DNA of 41,083 bases from Octopus bimaculoides (lineage: Eukaryota), in contig NC_068984.1 of the NCBI RefSeq assembly GCF_001194135.2, forward strand, positions 7,910,076 through 7,951,158. The letters are read 5' to 3'. The notes under the pieces were generated by a model. The model was not told where the DNA came from. It did no database searches and saw nothing but the letters and a program-made list of their open reading frames with translations. Of this stretch, positions 11,647 to 22,640 are shown piece after piece (the first letter of the stretch is position 1; every line of letters begins with the position of its first letter). The position numbers were made by a program, and so were the translations under genes.

Positions 11647-12557
11647 ATCATATTTTTTCGGTGCTATAACCCAATCATGGCCATCGATGTTGCGAAATTC
11701 TACGACAAGTTTAGATTTTTTACAAATATTACGCCGAGCGGATTTCTTACTTCGCTTCACCCTCGTCTTTTCTGGTTGTACGTAATTCTTATCGGACCGT
11801 ATACTTCGCCTCACTTTGGCATACGACGTAACTTCCGGTGTCGTGGTATCACTTTCACTGACACCATCGCCATATTCATCGTCATACTCATCAATATAAT
11901 CGTCTTCCACCTCCTCCTCCTCCTCCTCTTCCTCCTCTTCCTCCTCTTCATCTTCCTCTTCATCGTCATAGTCATAGTTTGTGCTTCCTGACTGAGATTT
12001 TCTCGATTGACTCGTCGAGGTGTTATTACCGGTGCCCTCATTTTGCCTGACGATCATTTCGTGATGAAGAAACTCGTCTCTCTCTAGTTTATGAACGAGA
12101 CGCTTGTTAATCTGCTTGGAAAAAACAACCAATAAAGGTTCTTTCTTATTACGAGGTGTGGTACTTATATCCATATCGTCCCCCCACGTATTATTAAATA
12201 TACTCTCGATTGTCACTTGCAATATTTGAACATAACCTTTCCCTATTTCATCAATCCAACGTTTGACTGCCGGTGTAACATCAAAAGATTCCCAGCCACT
12301 ATTTCTTCCATAGATATGCTTTTGAGACACAAGTCTTAGATGTGGAGAATCGTCTTTTATGATTTCTTCGTAGAGAGATACAATGCGGTTTTCACCCACA
12401 TATCTGTTACGATCTCTTTCTACGAGTTTGTATAAGCGTAGTTGGGCCAGGTTTATTTGCTCACCTTTTGGGAAATTACTAATGTTGAAAACTAAAGTAT
12501 GGTTCCGCGTGACAGCTCCGGGTAATTCCGTTTTCGCTGTAGTATTGAACAATATAT
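11647..12557 (-). CDS. BMP10: BMP9/10-like (GDF2/BMP10 group) TGF-beta ligand, internal exon: prodomain C-terminal part, furin sites and start of the mature domain
   Basis: Acceptor tttcAG ends at 12558 (phase 1, gives xAT-ATA-TTG = D-I-L) and donor GTAAGT starts at 11646 (phase 0). The translation has LVFNIS..AQLRLYKLVERDR..YVG..RIVSLYE..IYG.NSGWESFDVTPAVKRW..PLLVVFS..LHHE, which parallels vertebrate BMP10 as recalled ([46 protein letters not shown]..MISHE). It continues through RSIR, RVKR and CKKSKLVVEFRNIDGHDWVIAPKKYD. Confidence 0.95.
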
Positions 12558-12699
12558 CTGAAATTAATTAAAAATAAAACGAAATCAATAACACTGGTAC
12601 AAAATATTAAAGCACACACGCACATAATATTACCACACACATATGTTATATGTGTGTGGTGTGTATGCACACATAAATATATATATATATATATATATA

Positions 12700-13238
12700 N
12701 NNNNNNNNNNNNNNNNNNNNNNNNNNNNNNNNNNNNNNNNNNNNNNNNNNNNNNNNNNNNNNNNNNNNNNNNNNNNNNNNNNNNNNNNNNNNNNNNNNNN
12801 NNNNNNNNNNNNNNNNNNNNNNNNNNNNNNNNNNNNNNNNNNNNNNNNNNNNNNNNNNNNNNNNNNNNNNNNNNNNNNNNNNNNNNNNNNNNNNNNNNNN
12901 NNNNNNNNNNNNNNNNNNNNNNNNNNNNNNNNNNNNNNNNNNNNNNNNNNNNNNNNNNNNNNNNNNNNNNNNNNNNNNNNNNNNNNNNNNNNNNNNNNNN
13001 NNNNNNNNNNNNNNNNNNNNNNNNNNNNNNNNNNNNNNNNNNNNNNNNNNNNNNNNNNNNNNNNNNNNNNNNNNNNNNNNNNNNNNNNNNNNNNNNNNNN
13101 NNNNNNNNNNNNNNNNNNNNNNNNNNNNNNNNNNNNNNNNNNNNNNNNNNNNNNNNNNNNNNNNNNNNNNNNNNNNNNNNNNNNNNNNNNNNNNNNNNNN
13201 NNNNNNNNNNNNNNNNNNNNNNNNNNNNNNNNNNNNNN
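12700..13238. other. Assembly gap upstream of the BMP10-like exon (other large gaps: 5705-6163, 8897-9573, 16282-16937, 35808-36271)
   Basis: Runs of N, nearly all bordered by (TA)n or (TG)n. Confidence 0.99.
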
Positions 13239-13299
13239 GCCGAACCGTTAAGTTACGGGGACGTCAACAAACCAGTAGCAGATGTCAAGTGGGGGCTGG

Positions 13300-13486
13300 G
13301 AGAAACACAACCATATACTTACATACATACATACATACACACACTGATACATGCATACATACATACACACACTGATACATGCATACATACATACACACAC
13401 TTATACATGCATACATACATACATACATACATACATGCATACATACATACATACATACATACATACTTACATACATACATACATAC
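13300..13486. repeat. (ACAT)n/(GCAT)n tetranucleotide microsatellite; a second block lies at about 14307-14470
   Basis: Read directly from the sequence. The two blocks bracket the RLE LINE fragments. Confidence 0.9.
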
Positions 13487-14077
13487 GGTAGAATGTTCCA
13501 GTGAAGACCTCAATAAAAAATGTAAGCGCAACAGACCTGATATAATAATGATTTGGGATAGAGAAGAGAAACTGTGCACGGTTGTGGAAATTAGCTGCCC
13601 AGCGGATGTTAACATGAAGCTGAAGATCAGGGAAAAAAGAGAATGCCTATGCTGAACTATTGAGAAATATGAGGTTACTCTATCCAGATTATAAGTTCAG
13701 GTTTATACGTGTAATTATTGGGGCCCTGGGATATGTAACACGTTGCCTAAATATCAATTTTGAGAAATTAGGCTTCTCAAAACCAGAAAGGAGAAAGCTA
13801 ATTCGAAGACTACAGATCCAATCCATCACTGGAACTGTAAAAATCTGTATGACTTTTTAGAAGTTTATCATTTAAATATATATGAGCATCTCTTGATATG
13901 TAACTATATGAATGAGAGTACATACATAAAACAAAATATAGAAATCTGCACATATATATACATGTATACATACCTATTGTTGACGTTGAAATTACAATGA
14001 AGAAACTTTGGATCTAAGTTAGAAACCGGATCTTTCTCTATTGGCAAAAAAATTCGGAAACAAAACTAAATAATGAC
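13487..14077 (+). mobile_element. 5'-truncated RLE-type non-LTR retrotransposon (R4/Dong-like), endonuclease C-terminus plus 3' UTR
   Basis: KRNRPDIIMIWDREEKLCTVVEISCPADVNMKLKIREK, then a frameshift, then ..LLRNMRLLYPDYKF.FI.VIIGALGYV..LQIQSITGTVKIC. This is the RPD..E..P..EK..Y / GALG layout of the PD-(D/E)xK RLE domain. (ACAT)n lies on the 5' side and a degenerate ATAC run on the 3' side. Confidence 0.85.
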
Positions 14078-14099
14078 ATTCATACTTGCATAAATACCT

Positions 14100-14306
14100 G
14101 ACTGTCAACCTGGTTAAACTTGGATGTTCCAAAAAAGAACCTAGCTGACTGATTCGCACATTACAATAAACTGAATAATGACGTACATACATACACAAAA
14201 TACCCTGTTGTTGACGTTGAAATTCCAACGAAGGAACCTTGGATCTAGGTTAGAAACCGGTTCTTTCTCTATTGGCAAGAAATCTTGAAATAAACTGAAC
14301 AATGAC
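14100..14306 (+). mobile_element. Two further short 3'-end fragments of the same RLE LINE family
   Basis: 14203-14306 repeats 13975-14077 (ttgttgacgttgaaatt..ttggatcta.gttagaaaccgg.tctttctctattggcaa..aatgac). The stretch ending at 14182 also ends aataaactgaataatgac. Each fragment is followed by ATAC repeats. Confidence 0.75.
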
Positions 14307-15436
14307 ATACATAAATGCATGCATACATACATACATACATACATGCATGCATGCATACATACATATATGCATGCATACATGCATACATACATACATACAT
14401 ACATACATACATGCATACATACATGCATGCATACATACATATATGCATGCATACATACATACATACATACGTGCAAATATGCATATATACACGCACTCTC
14501 TCTCTCACTCACAAAGCTTTTGTAAATACTCCACAGGAATGGTTTACGTCTTTCGAACAATTAATGCTTCATGTCAAATGATGAGCTGCGTTTCTTCTAT
14601 GTTTAGCAATGTTGAAGCGGGTGAGTTACATTCCTCTTTTCTACAAGTTTGGGAAAATGAGTAATATAAAAAGGATGGGTAAATAGTCACCTAACGCCCT
14701 TCATCGCCTAAAATAGACTGACACTGTAATATTACCTGGCGCATATCTTAGTAGGTGTAAAAAAGGAATGGCTAGATAGGGTGTGAGTGGAAAGAATTCG
14801 GTTGTTGTATTTAGCAGGCTGGGTGGCCTCGTACTGGTTTCTTCGGTGGATTGCAATATATTCTTTTTAATTATTAATGATAATTGATTCTTATAATTCT
14901 GTATGAAAGGAAAGACAGAGTTTCTTGTCATGTAGGAAGGGAAGTTAATTCTTAAGTCGGAATAAATCATAGCTTTCATATATGAATATTTATAAGTAAT
15001 TACCATTATCGAACATTACTTAATATACATCGCTTTAAATTGATTTGCTGCTTTTCTGTTAACATGACAAAAACAAAGCAAAAAACTTATTTAGAGTCAA
15101 TCTATTTTGAGAAATTGAAGCAAATTGCAAACACTGAAACATAAACGTACTCCATTGAAATCGGTCATGTAAGGCTGAAGCTATTATTTATGAAGTGGAG
15201 GTATTTCCACTATACAAAACATTTTGCGTAAACATGCCGGTATGTCGCAAAATAAACCAAAGAAAGTGATTTTATTCATGACTTTTCCTTTAAGAACATA
15301 AACACAATGAATGTAACTAAAGCAGGTAATTATGTCCCGACAGTGAATGAATGTGACAACATATTCTACATAAAAAAGATCGTAGAAAGATGCCACCTAT
15401 CAATAATTCAATAATTAAAACTTATAACGATGGATA

Positions 15437-15651
15437 TACGAGGGCGTGCTGAAAAGTTCCTGGTTCTAAGGGTGTCGCGAAAGGCGTGGTTGGAGGCCCA
15501 ACTTTTCGATTTCGTTTACAGGGCTTAGAAAAATTAGACCGCTGCAATGTGTGTGAATCTGAGAAAGGAATATGGTGAATAAAATCATAATTAACTGATC
15601 TTTCTGAATTTTCTTTTACCCAAAGCCCAGAAATTTTCAGCACCCCTGTTA
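15437..15651 (+). mobile_element. Mariner-derived MITE (deletion derivative)
   Basis: Imperfect TIRs TAcgagggcgtgctgaaaagttcctgg and ccagaaattttcagcacccctgtTA. An internal remnant QGLEKLDRCNVC resembles the transposase C-terminus. Confidence 0.7.
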
Positions 15652-16154
15652 TGTACAACTGTGAAGCAACTCATATTAATGAACCGCCATAAATCTAGAA
15701 ATTGTCGCTTAATATCTTGTTTAAAGTGGAAAGTTACATAACTACAGACTGAATAGATGATCATACAGCTATATCCAAAGACCACTCACATTTTACGTTT
15801 TCTTCAATAACACCGTTAGAAACCCTCTTTTTTGTGTCTTCTAAGTAACGTGTCCTTTACGTCATTTGTTTCTGTTAGGCTTTGCTTCCAGCATAATATA
15901 TAAGACACACCCGAGTATCAGAACAAGATATTCATGACTTTACATTGTTTCCATTCACATTCGGCGACTAAAATACTTGGGAAACTGCGAGTGCTGCAGG
16001 GTCTCGGCGTTTTGTTCAAATAGACCTTCCTTTTCACGATATAGGTTAAGATGCGATCAAATCAATAATGGACTTGTAGACCAAACTGTGAACTTAAGTG
16101 TTCAACACAAAGTTATTGTCCAGGATTGTGTATATATATATTTATATAAAGAGA

Positions 16155-16208
<54 letters not shown>

Positions 16209-16937
16209 GATAAATAATTACATACGTATGTGTGTATATATATATAATTACACACATATGTATATATATATATATATATATNNNNNNNNNNNNNNNNNNN
16301 NNNNNNNNNNNNNNNNNNNNNNNNNNNNNNNNNNNNNNNNNNNNNNNNNNNNNNNNNNNNNNNNNNNNNNNNNNNNNNNNNNNNNNNNNNNNNNNNNNNN
16401 NNNNNNNNNNNNNNNNNNNNNNNNNNNNNNNNNNNNNNNNNNNNNNNNNNNNNNNNNNNNNNNNNNNNNNNNNNNNNNNNNNNNNNNNNNNNNNNNNNNN
16501 NNNNNNNNNNNNNNNNNNNNNNNNNNNNNNNNNNNNNNNNNNNNNNNNNNNNNNNNNNNNNNNNNNNNNNNNNNNNNNNNNNNNNNNNNNNNNNNNNNNN
16601 NNNNNNNNNNNNNNNNNNNNNNNNNNNNNNNNNNNNNNNNNNNNNNNNNNNNNNNNNNNNNNNNNNNNNNNNNNNNNNNNNNNNNNNNNNNNNNNNNNNN
16701 NNNNNNNNNNNNNNNNNNNNNNNNNNNNNNNNNNNNNNNNNNNNNNNNNNNNNNNNNNNNNNNNNNNNNNNNNNNNNNNNNNNNNNNNNNNNNNNNNNNN
16801 NNNNNNNNNNNNNNNNNNNNNNNNNNNNNNNNNNNNNNNNNNNNNNNNNNNNNNNNNNNNNNNNNNNNNNNNNNNNNNNNNNNNNNNNNNNNNNNNNNNN
16901 NNNNNNNNNNNNNNNNNNNNNNNNNNNNNNNNNNNNN

Positions 16938-16968
<31 letters not shown>

Positions 16969-16995
16969 GTACACACACATACATTCATGCATGCG

Positions 16996-17034
<39 letters not shown>

Positions 17035-17619
17035 ATGTGTGCATGCGTATTTATACATGTGTTTGTATACGTACATAATTACACACCTGTGTATATGCAG
17101 AAATATCTGTGAAATCTCCATCACATCACATCTTACCAAAAAGAAAAGCAAAACCCATCAGATAATACATCTTTAAATAAACTATGCCTGAAAAGATTTG
17201 ATTATTGATCCCTTTAAGCGGAGAGGACCTACGACAACCACGACAATAACAAGAACAGCAGCCAAATCGTCTGAAGTTATGGTTTCAATGATAATTTCGG
17301 AGTCGATCAAGGAGGAAGTTGTTCTTGTTATTATTATTGTTATTGGTGTTATTATTGTAGATTAGCCCGTGGCAAGCTCTGAGTGAGCAGATTTGATTTG
17401 AAAGATATTTCAGTCTTGTCAATTGTACACTAAAACTGTCACTCCGTCGGTTGCGACGATGAGTGTTCCAGTTGATTCTATCAGCGAAAAAACTGCTCGT
17501 GAAATTAATGAGCAAAATGGCTGAGTACGCGACAAACACGTGTACGCCTAACGTAGTTCTCAGGGAGAGTCAGCGCGATACAGAACGTGATAAGGATGGC
17601 CCTTTGAATTACTCGTACA

Positions 17620-17765
17620 ATTCAGTTTTGCAAGCTGAGAGAACTGGAGCAACGTTAAATACAGTGTCTTGCTCAAGGACACAATGCGCCACCGGGAATC
17701 GAACTCACGATCTAACGATTGTGAGAGGAACACCTTAACCACTAAGCCACAGCCACGCGCCTTTA
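17620..17765 (-). mobile_element. tRNA-derived SINE family C (V-SINE-like core)
   Basis: The reverse complement reads ggcttagtggttaagg..cgtgagttcgattcccgg..cattgtgtccttgagcaagacact..gttgctccag. Related copies lie at about 20447-20620 (+), 25020-25230 (-), 25898-26165 (+), 32150-32285 (-) and 38940-39230 (+). Confidence 0.7.
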
Positions 17766-18350
17766 CTCCATTCTACCTTACTAGCAGACATATATCACAT
17801 CACATCATCCAGTTTGTCTCAGTTTTTTGAAAGCTTTATCATATGATTCGAGGAAGAATCAGCTATTGTTCCTAGCAGGTCGAGGGATTACACAAAGGCT
17901 TTCAGCTCGTTAGTACCCCTTTAGGGACGATACCACCGTCTATCATTCTCTCCATACAAAATTTGGCCTCATGCCTGCTCGAATGAATTCAATAATTACA
18001 CAGATGTAGTTCTGGCTTTTGTTCTTTTAATTGGAAAGTTTCATGCAAACTTTGACTTGATAAAATACATGGAAATTGGTCTGGTGCCAAATGGTTGTTC
18101 TTGGTTTTGGACTCCATTCAAGTAAATTATTAAAGGAAACATTCTGTTTCTATGATAAACACAAGAAACGCTAGATTTCCTTGGAAACAGAATCATATAT
18201 ATATATATATATATATATANNNNNNNNNNTATATATCGATCTCATTGATAAAAACGGATATTGGAAACCAACAAAGAAACCTGTACGAGGTCACCCAGCC
18301 TGCTAGATATAACAGTCGCATTATTCTCTCATATCACACCCTATTGTCAT

Positions 18351-18580
18351 GAGTGTTTCTCAACCGCGGTCCATATGAACCTAGGTAGGTCCATAAGATT
18401 TTGTGGTTAAAATTTATCTGCAATAAAGTGGTTATACTCTTACAATACACAAAATCTTAAAACCTTTTTTAAATATAGTTCCTAATGATATTTAATTATT
18501 AAAATGCATTACGGTTTTTTAAAACATTAAATGGGTTTGAGGGTCCACCCAAGTATAAAATGAATGAAAGGGATTCATAA
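18351..18580 (+). mobile_element. Partial hAT-type MITE of the same family
   Basis: agtgtttctcaaccgcggtccatat..cataagattt..ggttatact..aatacacaaaat matches the 7785 copy. No right TIR was seen. Confidence 0.55.
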
Positions 18581-18789
18581 GCAAAATAACTAATCAAGAA
18601 CGACCGTTTTAAATGCATGAGAAACAAAAGACTGGAAAACAATCGGCCGAATGTTTCTGCTTTTAGTTCTAGCCAGGAATGACGAGACAAATGGTAAACA
18701 TCTTGGATGGAAGTATGTTCCCAGAGAGTCATCGAATTCCAGCAAACGGGTGGCTTTGAAGTTCGTATTTTTTTGTGTTGAGCAATTTA

Positions 18790-19245
<456 letters not shown>

Positions 19246-20844
19246 AACCACGCTCATATTCATGCAGCTTCTGTGTTTTATAGCTTGTTTGAACAGTTAA
19301 TCGCAGTGACTGCCCAGTAAAGGTAACTTGTATTTAAAAGAGCAGCCATGACTCTCTGGGAACATACTTCCATCCTTTTACATCCTATTCCCTTAACAAA
19401 TGGAAAATGACATCACATGCAGTTCTAGGTACAATACGTGTAAAATGTACTCGAAATACGAGATAATGAAAGCTGGGATGTCTTAAAGGAAGGCTGTCAT
19501 GGAGCTGAAAATCAACATGTCCATACTGCATTAGAATGGCATGAAACTCCCACAATCTTAGTTCTTCCAATATGCTAAATGTTTTCTTCATTCCTTCGCC
19601 ACATAATTTCGTAAAGAAAATCTAGAACAAACGAAGAGTAATTTTGTCAGTCTTCTTTGGGTGTCATTAACTGAACTGCATCAGTAAGCCTTTTAGCAAG
19701 TAATATATGAACAAATATAGATTTCGTTTCGTGAGACATGAAATAATTCACCTGTAACGGAGGAACACGAAATCAAGAAGGCTACGAATAATTGTGTGTA
19801 AACCCCTACGACAGAAAAGATCAAACCGGTAACCTTCGGCCCATAGGTAACTGCCGTTTCTTTTCTATTCAAACCACACTATATTGATAGCTTTATCTAC
19901 ATCGAGTTGCACCGTAGAAAAACGAAACAATATTCAGATTAGACGGAAAACTAAATTTTCGCAAGAACTGTAAACGAATGGAGTCAACATTGAAATATTA
20001 ACACAACGTTATGGAAGCTAAAGATTTGAACACGCAACCGGGATTGATGATACAAAATCCTGCACAAAGCAGACCAAAACTCATTTATGCACAACAAATT
20101 AAGCAACTCGATTGCCTTTCATTTGTGCAGGGCATCCATTCGCAAGTGGCGTTCATTTTGACTGATTCCAGGCGTTCATCAAATGAAAGCTATGATATTT
20201 AGGTATTTTCGGTTGCCTTAACAACACAGTGAATTGATGACTTCAAATGGGAATTATGCACGGGTCGGAGATCCAATTCCTTGACTGGTTAATTTCTACG
20301 TTATGTTAATAGTCATAATGAAATGATTGTGCAACCATGCACATACATATGAATGTTGATATACGACTTTATGTGTATATATATACGTGTGTGTGTGTGT
20401 GTGGTGTGTGTGTGTGTGTGTGTGTGGTGTGTGTGTGTGTGTGTGTGTGAAGGCTTGTGGTTTACTGTTTAGGGTACTGCACTCACGATTGCCAGACTAG
20501 AGGTTCAATTCACGGACTGGGCAGCGCATTGTATTCTTCAAATCGACGCTCCATTTCACGTTGCTCCAGGCCACTCAGCTGTAAGTGGGTCACCCTCTGA
20601 CGGAATAGCCTTCCGGCCAGTGAAAGTGTTGACCTGCTCGCCTAGCCACCAAAGTCACGTCATTCGAAAGATAAANNNNNNNNNNNNNNNNNNNNNNNNN
20701 NNNNNNNNNNNNNNNNNNNNNNNNNNNNNNNNNNNNNNNNNNNNNNNNNNNNNNNNNNNNNNNNNNNNNNNNNNNNNNNNNNNNNNNNNNNNNNNNNNNN
20801 NNNNNNNNNNNNNNNCTGGTTGATAGTTTATACACGCGCACGCA

Positions 20845-20894
<50 letters not shown>

Positions 20895-20919
20895 CACATA
20901 TATATATATATATATAATA

Positions 20920-21205
20920 TATTGTGTTAAGTGAAAAGTTTTGCAATATTTGGTAACTTATTTGGTTTGTTCGTTAATTGAGAACAAAAACAGTCCAGTA
21001 TTCAAAATAGAGGCCATCGTCTTGCACCATCCGAAGCCACCTTTCTGCCAATTCTTTGATTACACGCTGATACCAGTTTTTCTCCTTCGAGGCGTAGAAC
21101 TCCTTTACTGAAGATTCCATCATTTCTTGGTTGATGAAGCGTCACGAGCGCAGGAAGTGAGCCATGGATCGGAACAAATAATAATCCGAGGGAGATATTT
21201 CTCCA
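20920..21205 (-). mobile_element. Mariner (DD34D) transposase C-terminus plus TIR-like end
   Basis: SPSDYYLFRSMAHFLRS*RFINQEMMESSVKEFYASKEKNWYQRVIKELAERWLRMVQDDGLYFEY, then gcaaaacttttcacttaacacaaTA. Confidence 0.8.
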
Positions 21206-21207
21206 CA

Positions 21208-21510
21208 GTCCTAACGTGTACAAGCAATGGTTAAGAAAGGGCCAGTTTGCGGACCTGTCGCCGAAGATAGGCGTTTCGAGCACAAGATGATGCTCTGCAT
21301 CTGGTGGAACTATGAGGGGATAATTCGTTAAGAGTTCGTTCCGGACGGTCAAACAAATCCTCGATGCTAACTTGTAATCCGAAAAGCTGGAGCAGATGTG
21401 TGCCAGTATACAGTAAATATTCCTGGTATTGGTTAACAGAAAGCGAGCTCGTTTGCAACAAGACAACTGAGGACCTATTACTGCTCGAACGATCCAAATA
21501 AACTAAAGCG
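21208..21510 (+). mobile_element. Mariner transposase central catalytic fragment
   Basis: Degenerate NVYKQWLRKGQ..PK..MMLCIWWNYEGII..FVPDGQT..LVNRKRARLQQDN*GPITAR, matching the mariner WWD/DNARPH motifs. Confidence 0.8.
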
Positions 21511-22404
21511 TCAGACTAAATTTCTGAATGCATCTAGCTATGACTCTCATTGATTCAAGTTCGAGTCTAAAGTTGTTAATATTTGCTTTACGAAACCCAA
21601 TAAAGATATTAAGCCTAGGGTCAAATTGTCAAGTTTATTTCCATCTCCTAACGAATGTGGCCTTGCTCTTTTTCAAAGAATAGAGTGATTTACTTAACAA
21701 AATAAATTTCGTAATTAGCATCTATGAAAAGACAGAATGACAATTAACCTCGTTTATCACTGATTCATTCATCACTGATCCGGGCTAAAACAGTATGCTC
21801 AATTGTGAAACTATGATATCCTTATCACGGATTGATCTGTGATAACACGGGTCGGCAATCTGTCAAAGAGTCTGCTTGGACCTGAAAAACGTGTACCAGC
21901 GACCATCCAGCATGATCAAGACGACTCGGAGTCTCAGAACGAAACCTATTTTCCCATGTTCTATGAGTCATTTATCACTGGATTATTTAAAACTGTTTTT
22001 TGTGGGGGAGGGGGAACCAATCATCTGTGACATACTAGAATAGCTATATTAGTAAAATGAATATTTATTGTGTCCAGTAAAACTGAACAAGAAGTAACGT
22101 AGCAAGAGGAATTATAGAAACAAAAATACGTGCTTAACACATCTGTTTCTCTGTTAAGTGTTCTCGCGTTTTCCTATGACGTATTTAGGAGGTGCGACCT
22201 TCGCCACTTCCATGAACCGCTGCAGGGACCCTGAGAAATGGGGTTATAGAAGAAAATTGTTACCAATCTAGAACTAAAAGCAGAATACTTGCAGCAGAGT
22301 AATCTCCGACTAAGGACACTCAAGGGATGAGTTGTGGTATCAAATTAGTCGATAGGGCAAGATTACTACCGAGAAAGGAAAACCACGAATTGTATAGAGT
22401 TTCT

Positions 22405-22640
22405 TATTTCTTTATTGCTCACAAGGGGCTAAACATAGAGCGGACAAACACGGACAGACAACGGGATTAAGTCGATTACATCGACCCTAGTGCGTACCTG
22501 GTATTTAATTTATCAACCTCGAAAGGATGAAAGGCAAAGTCGACCTCGGTGGAATTTAAACTCAGAACGTAACGGCAGACGAAATCCCGCTAAGCATTTC
22601 GCCCGGCGCACTAACGTTTCTGCCAGCTCACCGCCTTATT
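22405..22640 (-). mobile_element. SINE family A, near full length
   Basis: Closely matches 1-192 and extends through the tail (tttctttattgc..acaaggggctaaaca). Confidence 0.85.

Noticed and set aside
14225-14262. Hammerhead-like reading of the RLE tail (ccaacga..gaaaccggtt)
   Set aside because: The core deviates at G5 in both copies and the spacing is wrong. It is better explained as the LINE 3' stem-loop.
15785-15900. Minus-strand GTGAGT donor in phase 1 as a candidate BMP10 exon 1 end
   Set aside because: The frame is open for only about 22 codons and shows no YMxxLY or ANxxRSF similarity.
17285-17539. 84-aa minus-strand ORF with a hydrophobic start and an Asn run
   Set aside because: GTG start, the Asn run comes from an AAT/AAC repeat, and there is no BMP prodomain motif or usable donor.
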